Below the pieces are notes generated by a model, which had not been told where the DNA came from, did no database searches, and saw only the letters and a list, made by a program, of their open reading frames with translations. This document shows positions 1-8,829 of a stretch of DNA of 30,962 nucleotides, one piece after another. The stretch is from IMG/VR virus record IMGVR_UViG_3300047480_000799, positions 1 through 30,962 of that record; one strand, given 5' to 3'. The position numbers and the translations under genes were made by a program. The first letter of the stretch is position 1; every line of letters starts with the position of its first letter. This DNA comes from a virus (lineage: Duplodnaviria; Caudoviricetes).

Positions 1-66
1 AGCTGGGATGCTCCTGCTAGCAAACATCGCAGCCGCAAAGTTTACAAAAAACCACAATAAAAAGCT

Positions 67-252
67 TTCGCTTCGGCAGTATCAATACATTGCCAGACCC
101 CCGCTCTACTATTCACTTAGCATCGGGACTGGCGGGATCGAGACATGGAGCCTTCGGGTGCGTGGATAAAGTCAGTAATGACAGGCAGTAATTCCATCCT
201 CCCTACGAACTCGGATATTGAAAAGGTAGTGCGCAGACCGTTCCGAAGCGAA
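67..252 (+). ncRNA. Candidate structured non-coding RNA (~185 nt)
   Basis: GC-richer intergenic stretch closed by a perfect 10-bp inverted repeat, TTCGCTTCGG (67-76) / CCGAAGCGAA (243-252), followed by a T tract; internal hairpin GGCAGT..ATTGCC. Confidence 0.4.
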
Positions 253-276
253 TTTTTAATCAATAAAAATACTAAT

Positions 277-504
277 ATGGAAACAGTTGAAACATTTACG
301 CCAGAGATTAACTTGCGTAATTGGGGCGGTAATCCTCATGCGGAAATGGTAACTAGTAGCTCTGGCGAATGGGTGCGCTACTCCGACTATAAAGAAGCCA
401 TTCTCACTCTCAAATCCTTGTTGGAACTTCATGACACTGGAAGTTGGGAAGGTGAAGACCCCACAGACTTGGCTAGAAATGTAATTGAAAAATCAAATAT
501 TTAA
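277..504 (+). CDS. Hypothetical phage protein (start reassigned to METVETF)
   Basis: ATG at 277 follows an A-rich leader; the longer ORF start (145) runs through the structured region. Confidence 0.65.
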   Translation: METVETFTPEINLRNWGGNPHAEMVTSSSGEWVRYSDYKEAILTLKSLLELHDTGSWEGEDPTDLARNVIEKSNI

Positions 505-505
505 C

Positions 506-694
506 ATGAAAATTAAACAAAACTTAGAAACATATACTAATGACTTTTGGTATGATCTTTTCGATGGCGGTTATCTGAAACCAGAAGAAGTTCTGGAAGA
601 TGATGTTGATATTAATGCGGTGTCGAATGCTGTAAAAGTATTAAAAGCATTCCGCAGTGCTTGTGAAGAACAAATTGAAGACTTCATCCAATGA
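506..694 (+). CDS. Hypothetical acidic phage protein
   Basis: ATG at 506 directly after the upstream stop; stop overlaps the next start (ATGA). Confidence 0.7.
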   Translation: MKIKQNLETYTNDFWYDLFDGGYLKPEEVLEDDVDINAVSNAVKVLKAFRSACEEQIEDFIQ

Positions 695-921
695 GATTTA
701 TCTACGAAAAACAAACAGAAAATAAAGAGCTAACTCTCAAAGACGTTGAAGAAAACCAATTCTTCGTGTGTGCAGATGGTTATTTGTGCCAGAAAGTATA
801 TGAATGCGGATATAATACTATTGCTGACGATGAAGGTGGTCCAAGCTGTTCTCATTTAACGTGTGAGGCAGATATGCCCATTAAACGCCTTTTGCCAATC
901 GTCGAGAAGATTGAATTTTAA
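691..921 (+). CDS. Hypothetical phage protein
   Basis: ATGA overlap with the previous ORF. Confidence 0.7.
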   Translation: MRFIYEKQTENKELTLKDVEENQFFVCADGYLCQKVYECGYNTIADDEGGPSCSHLTCEADMPIKRLLPIVEKIEF

Positions 922-933
922 TCAATAAAAAAT

Positions 934-1230
934 ATGTTCCTAGAAATCGCCAAATACCTTGCTCTTCACAAAATCGAAGTTACTCTAAACTTTAACCCCA
1001 AAAAGAATCAATACTATTGGGACTTGAATACCCAAGCAAAATCCGACCTTCTTTTATACGAAGATTTGACTCTGGAAGGTCGTTACGGCTACACTTCCAA
1101 GCTGGATCATGACACAATCGAAGACAATATTCAAACACTTTGTTACGAAGTTTTACGCTGCAAACATGGCAGAGATTATATTTCTTGTGCTTGGAGCGAT
1201 CTTTGCAGATTTTACAAAATTTCATCTTGA
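934..1230 (+). CDS. Hypothetical phage protein
   Basis: Co-oriented ORF with an A-rich leader. Confidence 0.7.
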   Translation: MFLEIAKYLALHKIEVTLNFNPKKNQYYWDLNTQAKSDLLLYEDLTLEGRYGYTSKLDHDTIEDNIQTLCYEVLRCKHGRDYISCAWSDLCRFYKISS

Positions 1231-1255
1231 CATTATCTATTCTATTGATTAACTT
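1227..1255 (+). promoter_or_regulatory. Sigma70-type promoter (TTGACA-N17-TAACTT), ATG 9 nt downstream
   Basis: Consensus -35 and 17-nt spacer; the same architecture recurs at about 1564, 2672, 6508, 8049, 8528, 8781, 11129, 11720 and 12198. Confidence 0.7.
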
Positions 1256-1264
1256 TTCCCCGAC

Positions 1265-1555
1265 ATGACAACAAAAGCAGTAATTGATATTAAATACTAC
1301 AGCTCAGATGAAGAATTTGTTAAAGAGCTTGTTTATAAACTTAACACAGTATTTGATCGTAATTCTATTTTTAACACCAACGCTTGGGGTGGAGGATTCT
1401 CGACAACTAATTTTCGCTATGATGATCGTTATATTTATTGCGATCTTATGAGCGATTTTTTAAATTCCGATTCTATTGTTTATCAAACGTCCGAAGCTTA
1501 TATTCGCGGAGTAATTGTAGGTTATCTTCAAGCTAATTGTTTGGAGATTCTGTAA
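1265..1555 (+). CDS. Hypothetical phage protein
   Basis: ORF directly behind a TTGACA promoter. Confidence 0.7.
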   Translation: MTTKAVIDIKYYSSDEEFVKELVYKLNTVFDRNSIFNTNAWGGGFSTTNFRYDDRYIYCDLMSDFLNSDSIVYQTSEAYIRGVIVGYLQANCLEIL

Positions 1556-1612
1556 AAACTTCTTGACATTGTTCATTCTATTGATTAATTTCTCGCCACA
1601 TAAAACAACAAT

Positions 1613-1810
1613 ATGGAAACATCCTATCGAATCTACGAAGTCAAAGAAGACCCAATATACATTTACGATGTCAATCATTGGCCTCAAACAGTGCTTTATG
1701 AAGTGGGAGGCTACAATAGCACACTGAAAGAAGCGGAGACTTATGTTGCGATGCAACTCGAACACAGCCCCAGCAAAACATACACAATCCTCCCAATTTA
1801 CCAACGCTAA
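1613..1810 (+). CDS. Hypothetical phage protein
   Basis: ORF behind a TTGACA promoter at about 1564. Confidence 0.65.
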   Translation: METSYRIYEVKEDPIYIYDVNHWPQTVLYEVGGYNSTLKEAETYVAMQLEHSPSKTYTILPIYQR

Positions 1811-1817
1811 TTAAATC

Positions 1818-2210
1818 ATGAAACGATCAGTTTTATTAAAAAAGCGTAAAAAATCCCTAAATCGTCAAGTAGCTATTCGTAAAGCTTTTGATAATGTGTG
1901 GGATAATGGACAAAACTTGACTCTTTCGTCTGCTTTATCAATCATTACGCCGCTTCTCCCAATCTTCAAAAAGGAGCTTCGCTACATCAAATTCCTCAAC
2001 AAACTCAATAAGGAAGAATGTGATGACCGTTCAGGCGAAGAAACGTATGGATATGAATCAGAGCGATCTGTTTTGTGTGATTTGATTTACATTAGTGATC
2101 GGTGGATTTGCGAGTTTCGCCTACAGTGGTTGATTGATCTGATTGAGAAACACAATAATGGAACTCTTGTGCCAAACTTTATTCAGAAAACTGATTCATC
2201 TGATGATTAA
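1818..2210 (+). CDS. Hypothetical phage protein
   Basis: Co-oriented 130-aa ORF. Confidence 0.65.
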   Translation: MKRSVLLKKRKKSLNRQVAIRKAFDNVWDNGQNLTLSSALSIITPLLPIFKKELRYIKFLNKLNKEECDDRSGEETYGYESERSVLCDLIYISDRWICEFRLQWLIDLIEKHNNGTLVPNFIQKTDSSDD

Positions 2211-2697
2211 AACATACACAGCTCCAATCACTCATCTTGAAGACGATGAGGTGTTTGCATTTGGAGCAAACGAACAAGGCTTCCATGCTGGTGGAGCCGC
2301 AGGATATGCGTCTTTTGGGGTAACAGGCAATGTTTGGCGCTCCTACAACTATCACGAACTTCCCGATGGCTGGAAAGGCAAGTGGAACGTCAAAGGCAAA
2401 ATTGGTCCACAGCAAGGCACAGAGGGCAAATCATTCGCACTCGTCACTGTAACAAGACCTGGGGCAAGAAAAAGTATCAAAGTTGACTTTACTCCACTTT
2501 TTGAATGTTGTCGCCGCAATCCTCATTGGAAATTTTACTACGCGCAATCGGGAGAAAAAGGATTAAACGGTTGGAGTCCAGAAGAAATGGCGCAATTTGT
2601 CGTGAACGCTGGAGAGATACCCGATAATTTGTATTTTGACGCCACTTTCGCGCCATTTATTAAAAAACAACTTGACAAATCACAAAAAATCTCGTAA
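2203..2697 (+). CDS. A1S_2505-like / macrodomain-like phage protein
   Basis: VFAFGANEQGFHAGGAA resembles the IFVFGSN..G.HG.GAA signature; start reassigned to MIKTY. Confidence 0.6.
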   Translation: MIKTYTAPITHLEDDEVFAFGANEQGFHAGGAAGYASFGVTGNVWRSYNYHELPDGWKGKWNVKGKIGPQQGTEGKSFALVTVTRPGARKSIKVDFTPLFECCRRNPHWKFYYAQSGEKGLNGWSPEEMAQFVVNAGEIPDNLYFDATFAPFIKKQLDKSQKIS

Positions 2698-2714
2698 ATT
2701 GTCGCCACAATAGT

Positions 2715-3023
2715 ATGAAACAAAACGAAGAAATCAAACCTGAAAGACGAAGACGACTCCATGGCAAAGATCGTCGCCCTCAAAATGGAGACTTCTCAGA
2801 CTACGAAGTGCGCTGCATGGTAGCCAGCTATTGCCGCGACATTACAGTTGGGATGACAGGCTGGGGCGTTCCCTTCACTGTGTGGGTGGAACTGAAAGGT
2901 CTTGCGAAATTCGAGAACGGTTCTCTCCACAAGCTAGAGAAACCTACTTGTGAATGTGAAATGTGTGATGGACGCAGAGCAGCTCATGAAGAACTTGAGG
3001 TATGTCTTAAAAATAAACAATAA
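2715..3023 (+). CDS. Hypothetical protein with CxCxxC motif
   Basis: Behind TTGACA-N17-TAAATT; contains CECEMC. Confidence 0.65.
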   Translation: MKQNEEIKPERRRRLHGKDRRPQNGDFSDYEVRCMVASYCRDITVGMTGWGVPFTVWVELKGLAKFENGSLHKLEKPTCECEMCDGRRAAHEELEVCLKNKQ

Positions 3024-3026
3024 AAA

Positions 3027-3272
3027 ATGAATAAAAAAGAAATACCACTGACAAAAAAGCAACTAGAACAGTTAGGTTTTACTGCCACAGAGAAACAGTT
3101 TAAAACAAAAACAAAAGTAGAAATCGAATATGACCATTGGGCAAATGGTTACATTGATACGTTTTATCATTACCCTTCTTTTCAAGAAATTGTAGATCGC
3201 ATTGTAAGCAACGCCAGTAAAGATCAACGTGAAGAAATAAAAGAAAAAATAACAAACAAATTATTCCAATAA
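3027..3272 (+). CDS. Hypothetical phage protein
   Basis: Tightly packed co-oriented ORF. Confidence 0.65.
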   Translation: MNKKEIPLTKKQLEQLGFTATEKQFKTKTKVEIEYDHWANGYIDTFYHYPSFQEIVDRIVSNASKDQREEIKEKITNKLFQ

Positions 3273-3275
3273 TAT

Positions 3276-3593
3276 ATGGTTTACAATCACAAAACACACG
3301 ACGAACGCAATCTCGCTGAATACTATCCAGATGGATTCAACTGGGAAGACGAAATGACACTTGAGTATCTTATTGATGCACTTCAACAAACGCTAAAGAA
3401 TGCCTATGCTGATGGAATGGAAGTAGAAGATACTAGTTTCAAATGGTATAAAAATGATGGATATATGGATATTGATGGTTTATTTCCATACACTGAAGAA
3501 GAGATTGAAAAAATTAGAATTGATGAAGAGAAGCGACAAGAATGGAGAAAAGAATATCTTAGAAAAGAATTAGAGAAACTAGAAGGAAAATAA
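3276..3593 (+). CDS. Hypothetical acidic phage protein
   Basis: Tightly packed co-oriented ORF. Confidence 0.7.
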   Translation: MVYNHKTHDERNLAEYYPDGFNWEDEMTLEYLIDALQQTLKNAYADGMEVEDTSFKWYKNDGYMDIDGLFPYTEEEIEKIRIDEEKRQEWRKEYLRKELEKLEGK

Positions 3594-3594
3594 A

Positions 3595-4158
3595 ATGAAA
3601 CTATTCTGGGACATCGACGAAACACTAATTCACTCTCGCACTTATATTCACGAAAAATATAAACACACAATCATCGTTGATGTTTATGATGAACTCTACT
3701 ATACGTGTGTCAGACCATGTGCAAAATACGTGATTGACTACAGCCGCGAAGTATTCGGGGCAGATAACGTCTATATCCTCACCGCTGCGGCAGAACTGTA
3801 TGCACAGCGCATCAATAAACAAGCAGGTTGGGGGTTTCCTGATTCTTACATCATCGGGCGCGAAACAACTGAGCGTTATTGTATCAAGATGCCCAGTTTA
3901 TATGGCAGTCAAACTCTTGTAACAGAGCATCCATTGGCGAATAAAAATAACCTTTTAATTGACAATCTGCGCCCAGAATGGAATACAGAGAAGACTTCCT
4001 TGATGTTGATTAATCCTCAAAAAAATTACTTGACAGTAGAAGAGTATCGTGGTAATAATCTTGACGACGACATTTTCAGAGACACAGTGATCCATTTCAT
4101 GGACGATGCGATCAACAGATATGCCGACAACCTAATCCAAGAAACACAAAAGAAATGA
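3595..4158 (+). CDS. HAD-superfamily (NIF/FCP1-like) phosphatase
   Basis: N-terminal WDIDETLIHS (DxDxT), VRP, ILTA and LLIDN motifs. Confidence 0.75.
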   Translation: MKLFWDIDETLIHSRTYIHEKYKHTIIVDVYDELYYTCVRPCAKYVIDYSREVFGADNVYILTAAAELYAQRINKQAGWGFPDSYIIGRETTERYCIKMPSLYGSQTLVTEHPLANKNNLLIDNLRPEWNTEKTSLMLINPQKNYLTVEEYRGNNLDDDIFRDTVIHFMDDAINRYADNLIQETQKK

Positions 4159-4484
4159 AAATCGGAGACGAAATCGTATGTATTGACAACTGCTACGCTA
4201 GAGAGCTTGTAGATGGTGGGAAATATCGCATTGTTGATATTGATAATGACGGCTATCTTCAAGTTCAAACCGCTGAAGATTCTCAAACCCTGCCACATTA
4301 TTACGATGCTGATAGATTCGAGCCAGTTAATACCCAAGAGATTGTAGTTAGTTTCGGCGGCATCAAGATTCGACTATATCAAGATCGTTCTGTTTTGTTT
4401 GCTGGAGAGATTGGAACTAATCCATGCTCTGATGAAGAGATTGATGATTTGATTGATGCTCTTATTGCAATGCGTAATCAGTAA
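4155..4484 (+). CDS. Hypothetical protein with SH3-like N-terminus
   Basis: MKIGDEIVCID...Y..DRF pattern; ATGA overlap. Confidence 0.65.
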   Translation: MKIGDEIVCIDNCYARELVDGGKYRIVDIDNDGYLQVQTAEDSQTLPHYYDADRFEPVNTQEIVVSFGGIKIRLYQDRSVLFAGEIGTNPCSDEEIDDLIDALIAMRNQ

Positions 4485-4504
4485 TTTTTAATCAATAAAA
4501 ACAA

Positions 4505-4753
4505 ATGATCATAGTACCCACTCCCAAAACTAACGCTTTAAAAAAAAAGCATCAATACAGTGGCGATCCAGCATTTGGCGAAGCTCTTGATTTATGTTTC
4601 GCTTTAGAAATGGAACTCGAATCAGTTAAAAGAGATTTGGAATTTCGTCGCGAATTGTATAAGCATTTAGATCATCTTTATGATAACCTATATGAGGAAG
4701 CAAAAACCCTCAAGGAAATCAATCGTAAACTCATTGACAAACTTAACAATTAA
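4505..4753 (+). CDS. Hypothetical coiled-coil protein
   Basis: Co-oriented ORF with heptad-like C-terminus. Confidence 0.65.
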   Translation: MIIVPTPKTNALKKKHQYSGDPAFGEALDLCFALEMELESVKRDLEFRRELYKHLDHLYDNLYEEAKTLKEINRKLIDKLNN

Positions 4754-4833
4754 AAACAATAAAAAATGACAATCGCACTGCTTACCAAAGAAGGATTGAT
4801 TGTGGATGGTAAGATTCCAAAAAATAAATAAAA

Positions 4834-5127
4834 ATGATAACAAACATCTCCATAGACGAAATCAAAACAAAATACCGCGACAATCATGGCTTCGCGTTTA
4901 TTTGCCAGCATCCTGTTTCAAATGGCGCGATTCAAAGACTTGCAGATACACTGATTTCTGCTGGCGTTACAACAGAGATGCCGCTTGTTGTCACAAGAGT
5001 AGATTCTTTCGCGACAATTTTCATCTACAATAGATTCGATGCGCCAACATTCTTTGCTCGCGCTCAGATTTTTGAGCAGATGATGGGAGTAGCAAGAGTA
5101 GTTCCTTTTTTGGAGTATCTAAAATAA
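4834..5127 (+). CDS. Hypothetical phage protein
   Basis: ATG after an A-rich leader; ends just before the tRNA-like RNA. Confidence 0.65.
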   Translation: MITNISIDEIKTKYRDNHGFAFICQHPVSNGAIQRLADTLISAGVTTEMPLVVTRVDSFATIFIYNRFDAPTFFARAQIFEQMMGVARVVPFLEYLK

Positions 5128-5134
5128 CAATTTT

Positions 5135-5288
5135 GAGCGTGTGGCGGAATTAGACGCAGTGGGTTCGACTCCCACATCCTCTATTTAGGGGATACGAGAA
5201 ACGGACGAGACTAACAGGTGAGAGTCCAATGCTTCCATTTCGGGGGCAGCGTTAGTCATGCAGGTAATCAATCCTGCCACGCTCGCCA
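5135..5288 (+). ncRNA. 154-nt tRNA-like RNA with expanded central domain
   Basis: Acceptor stem GAGCGTG/CACGCTC + G + CCA; Leu-like 5' segment TGGCGGAATTAGACGCA; T-arm-like GCAGG..CCTGC; about 100 nt of hairpins in place of an anticodon arm. Confidence 0.7.
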
Positions 5289-5308
5289 ATTAAAAATAAT
5301 AAAAAACA

Positions 5309-5536
5309 ATGAACTCATACTACGAACCACTAATGATTCAAATCCCCGAACAAGACCTAAGAAACATTCTTGATTGCTTAGAGTCGGGATTAGAAAGCTC
5401 ACAAGAACTACTGATACAACACGATGTTAATTTCGGGCGCACAACCAAAAAAAACAAAATGCTCGCTGAAATGATGCAGTCAGAAATTGAACGCACAAAA
5501 ACAGCTATTAAACAATTAGAATCATCACTGCCATGA
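5309..5536 (+). CDS. Hypothetical phage protein
   Basis: Co-oriented ORF, ATGA overlap with the next. Confidence 0.65.
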   Translation: MNSYYEPLMIQIPEQDLRNILDCLESGLESSQELLIQHDVNFGRTTKKNKMLAEMMQSEIERTKTAIKQLESSLP

Positions 5537-5811
5537 GTAACATAAAAAGCAACATAGACAGAGTCTACAAATTAGAGCGTGACATTTATCCATGCAGCAA
5601 CGAACATGCAATGGATAGTTTCCGAGGTCTAAGTCTTATGCTATCAGGAGAATTGGATATTGCTATTGTAGTATTGAAAGCTTTGCTTGACAAAGTTACA
5701 GATATTCGCGGAATTGATATGGAGGCGTATGCCGCTGAAGAAATTGAAGCAGCAAAACATGTAATCAACAAAATAAAAGAAAAATACAATGAGCGAAACA
5801 CCATGTTCTGA
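5533..5811 (+). CDS. Hypothetical phage protein
   Basis: ATGA overlap with the previous ORF. Confidence 0.65.
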   Translation: MSNIKSNIDRVYKLERDIYPCSNEHAMDSFRGLSLMLSGELDIAIVVLKALLDKVTDIRGIDMEAYAAEEIEAAKHVINKIKEKYNERNTMF

Positions 5812-6022
5812 TCCATATAACATAAGTGGCACATTCCACACAGTAGGATACAACATAGCTGTCCAACTACAAACGAACAATCCAACCACCCAAGATCGAG
5901 CTGGTCAATTGTTCGTAGAGAAGCAAACACTCATGAATGGAAAGAGCTTTAATCAAAACATTGCATGTATGCTCAGACGATTAGCAGATTCTGTAGAATT
6001 TAACTGGGAGAATAAAGTGTGA
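5789..6022 (+). CDS. Hypothetical phage protein
   Basis: Co-oriented ORF with a short overlap. Confidence 0.55.
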   Translation: MSETPCSDPYNISGTFHTVGYNIAVQLQTNNPTTQDRAGQLFVEKQTLMNGKSFNQNIACMLRRLADSVEFNWENKV

Positions 6023-6542
6023 GGTTTTTCGGGGCAAGTAGTAATTTCAAATAATTTCCAAACGAAAAGCCCCAAAACAAATCGTTTGTGAATTATAAAA
6101 AAGCGTTTGGATTGTTTGTTTCTATTGTTTAAGAGACATTTTGACGCAGGTGTTTGAACAAGTGCGACATTTTGTCACAGCGTATTCTGAGCATGCTTTT
6201 CTATGGTAAAAACGTAGGAGAAAGAGAAGCCAAATTACGAACGATATTCGCTTAAATAAGGAGGCTGCGATCTACACCTCGAAAACGCTGAAACCATTGA
6301 GTATCAATGGCTTTTCGACTTTTCCTACCACTCTCCCTATACCAATAAACATAAGAGAATATATAGGGATAAACATAGAGAAAGAGACAAAAGAAACAGC
6401 GTGTTGGAATAATATAAGGAAAGAGGGGAGGGTGGGGGTGGATTCGCTGAATTAAAACTCTTTTTTATTACTTTTTCCCAATTTTTCCCAATTTTTCCTT
6501 TTTTTTCTTGACATATCCTTATATAACGCATACTATTGGCGC

Positions 6543-6800
6543 ATGAAGAAGATTTTAGCTTTCGTATTCGTTGCATTCCCTACGGGAATGATTCTAAGCG
6601 TGCTGCTTTCAGTTATTTTAGCTGTTGTGACATTTTGTCGCACCTTTGCAGACTACTGGACATACGTTTTGAACCAGTTCTTTCCTAGATACAACCCATC
6701 GACAGAGCTAGAAGAATACGCACAAAAAGAGTCTGATGTGTGGAGCAAGCATATTGCGCGTATGCAAGAAAAACAAAAAGAAAATGCGAAAAAAAACTAA
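6543..6800 (+). CDS. Small membrane protein
   Basis: Hydrophobic N-terminus; TTGACA-N17-TACTAT ends 6 nt upstream of the ATG. Confidence 0.7.
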   Translation: MKKILAFVFVAFPTGMILSVLLSVILAVVTFCRTFADYWTYVLNQFFPRYNPSTELEEYAQKESDVWSKHIARMQEKQKENAKKN

Positions 6801-6818
6801 CTAAAATTACGAAACAAA

Positions 6819-7073
6819 ATGATCGAAATAAACAAAACAGAAGAACTTATCTCCGCTTATAAACAATTCATTAATAACCTTAGTAAAATTCAAGAGGCTT
6901 CATATAGAGAACTTGTTGAAAAGATACCATTGATGGATATAGACGGCGAGGACTTTTTGTTCGATTACGTCTTTAATTTTTCCAGCAAAGAGTTTCCTAC
7001 CTTTTCTGATTACATGAAGCGATTCAATCCTGTTCATGCAAGCACGATTTGTGAATCACAAGAAGGCAAATAA
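6819..7073 (+). CDS. Hypothetical phage protein
   Basis: Co-oriented ORF. Confidence 0.65.
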   Translation: MIEINKTEELISAYKQFINNLSKIQEASYRELVEKIPLMDIDGEDFLFDYVFNFSSKEFPTFSDYMKRFNPVHASTICESQEGK

Positions 7074-7112
7074 ATTGCCCCAAATTACGAACAACATTTT
7101 CCTAAATAAACA

Positions 7113-7316
7113 ATGAATAATAATACTGAAATTACGAACGACATTGCGCTAAATAACACTGAGTCTAAATACTCTCAAGAAGACATTATGTGGGAGGCGC
7201 GGCGACAAAAGAACAAAAAGCTTTATCATTTTATGCGGCGACTGCTTGGTCGTGGTAAGCACTGGCTTCAGCAAGAACAACTGCCGAAGTCGCGACAGTT
7301 GGGTGGCGGCAAATAA
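7113..7316 (+). CDS. Hypothetical basic protein
   Basis: ATG 3 nt after an AATTACGAA-N11-TAAATAA motif. Confidence 0.5.
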   Translation: MNNNTEITNDIALNNTESKYSQEDIMWEARRQKNKKLYHFMRRLLGRGKHWLQQEQLPKSRQLGGGK

Positions 7317-7325
7317 ACACAAGCA

Positions 7326-7427
7326 ATGACTGATAGAAACATAGCAATATTATCATTAATAATTAATACTGTGACTGCTTTAGCTGCTATAACGAATATT
7401 CTGATTAGGATATTTTGCGCAATCTAA
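7326..7427 (+). CDS. 33-aa hydrophobic peptide
   Basis: Translated by hand: MTDRNIAILSLIINTVTALAAITNILIRIFCAI. Confidence 0.45.
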   Translation: MTDRNIAILSLIINTVTALAAITNILIRIFCAI

Positions 7428-7540
7428 AGATCTCTTTGCTTCGGTAAGGGGGGTGTGACATTTTGTCGCACCTCCAATTACGAATGATTTTCAGCCAAAT
7501 ATAAAAAACCAAATTACGAACGATTTTTCCCTAAATAAAC

Positions 7541-7984
7541 ATGAGTGATAATATACACCGAGGCAGCGACTTTAATGACTTTTTAAACAAAGAAATTGCG
7601 AAAGAATCGGGGCCAAATAAACAAAAATGGTTATGCGATAAGATCGGCGGCGATTGGCTAGACAAGGATTGCATCATCGAAATTACCTTGATCGAATGTC
7701 TGCGGCACTATGTAGAAGTCGAAAAAGGATTAAAAAATCCCGCAGATTACCAAGAAGAAATTGCGAAAGGTTTAATCGGAAATAAACGGTTAGCTAAGCT
7801 CCAGGAGGTATACGATGATCTTTCTTCTGCTTACGAATACATCATCACCAAATATGATAAACGAAATGAAGGCATGAAGGATCTTACTGTGAGACAAATG
7901 CTCGAAGCCGCAGACAAAAAACAAAAAGAAATAGATGATGTGGTTGCTAAGATCTGGAAGCATCGCAAAGAAATGTGGACTTAA
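7541..7984 (+). CDS. Hypothetical phage protein
   Basis: 147-aa ORF, ATG 2 nt after the bipartite motif. Confidence 0.7.
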   Translation: MSDNIHRGSDFNDFLNKEIAKESGPNKQKWLCDKIGGDWLDKDCIIEITLIECLRHYVEVEKGLKNPADYQEEIAKGLIGNKRLAKLQEVYDDLSSAYEYIITKYDKRNEGMKDLTVRQMLEAADKKQKEIDDVVAKIWKHRKEMWT

Positions 7985-8087
7985 AACGATTTTTAAATGG
8001 CGGCGGGAATATTATTTTTCCTGTTGATTAAAAATTAGAAAAAAATACTTGACACATGGGTAGTGGGTATGCTACTTTCGCGGCGAC

Positions 8088-8333
8088 ATGAACTCAGACA
8101 ATACAAAACGTGGCAAAGGCAGACCCAGCGGATCTAATTCTTTTGTAAAGATGCGCCTGTGTGATCTGGAGAAATTGGTTGGCAGCATGGCAGTTGTTCC
8201 TGTGTCGAAGGTGTGGCTGCGCGAAAATGGTATCGAACTGTTGGAGCCGCAAATCAAAATCGCACCTGTCGCTCCTGCCGCAGAAGAAACAGAAGAAAAG
8301 ATTCAATTCTCTTTAACTACATTTGAAGACTAA
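8088..8333 (+). CDS. Small protein with AT-hook-like motif
   Basis: KRGKGRPSGS near the N-terminus; TTGACA promoter at 8049. Confidence 0.65.
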   Translation: MNSDNTKRGKGRPSGSNSFVKMRLCDLEKLVGSMAVVPVSKVWLRENGIELLEPQIKIAPVAPAAEETEEKIQFSLTTFED

Positions 8334-8334
8334 T

Positions 8335-8547
8335 ATGAGAGCATACTACACACTATCATCACCAGCAGTTTACGACTCTTTGGAAGTTCGCCCTTATGAT
8401 GACTTGGTTTTTTCCATCTATGGTCATATCGAAGGAGAAGGCTTTGAGTGTATCGGCGATTTTAATTCGTTCGATGCGGCTTGCAGCGTAGCAGAAAAAC
8501 TTGGCGGCAAATTAGTCAAAAAAATTCTTGACACTGACCACAATTAA
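8335..8547 (+). CDS. Hypothetical phage protein
   Basis: ATG at 8335 right after the previous stop. Confidence 0.6.
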   Translation: MRAYYTLSSPAVYDSLEVRPYDDLVFSIYGHIEGEGFECIGDFNSFDAACSVAEKLGGKLVKKILDTDHN

Positions 8548-8585
8548 CCTCACACTCTCCCCGCAACACTAACTACTACTACATT

Positions 8586-8774
8586 ATGCTACACATTTGC
8601 CAAGGATACTTCCTAACCGATAAACAAGAAATCAAAGACGTTATCATTTCTGATGGCTCTTGGAATGGGAGCTGTGACGATGACGATATTTTCTACTACA
8701 CTGACGGTGAGCCTGTAGAAGGTTTTCATGACGATTTCTTTATTACTCATGCTGAGCCGATGAAAATTGCTTAA
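8586..8774 (+). CDS. Hypothetical acidic protein
   Basis: Behind TTGACA at about 8528 and an ACT-repeat leader; contains DDDIFYY. Confidence 0.65.
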   Translation: MLHICQGYFLTDKQEIKDVIISDGSWNGSCDDDDIFYYTDGEPVEGFHDDFFITHAEPMKIA

Positions 8775-8829
8775 AAACATCTTGACATCGCCCCCAAAGT
8801 AAGCAATACTTCTCCCCCCCCCACCAATA

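Larger units (their letters stand above)
6132..7472. promoter_or_regulatory. Palindromic operator-like motif TGYGACA-TTT-TGTCRCA, 4 copies
   Basis: 6163-6179, 6626-6642, 7454-7470, and a degenerate copy at 6132-6148. Confidence 0.55.
6233..7538 (+). repeat. Bipartite motif AATTACGAA-N11-(T)AAATAA, 6 copies
   Basis: Copies start at 6233, 6805, 7083, 7130, 7476 and 7512 with an invariant 11-nt spacer. Confidence 0.75.

Noticed and set aside
5135-5288. tmRNA or group I intron-containing tRNA-Leu
   Set aside because: No G3-U70 alanine acceptor or tag ORF; the insert is about 100 nt with no recognisable intron core and no reconstructable anticodon arm.
6163-6179. CRP/FNR binding site
   Set aside because: The half-site spacing is 7 rather than 6; kept only as an unassigned palindrome.
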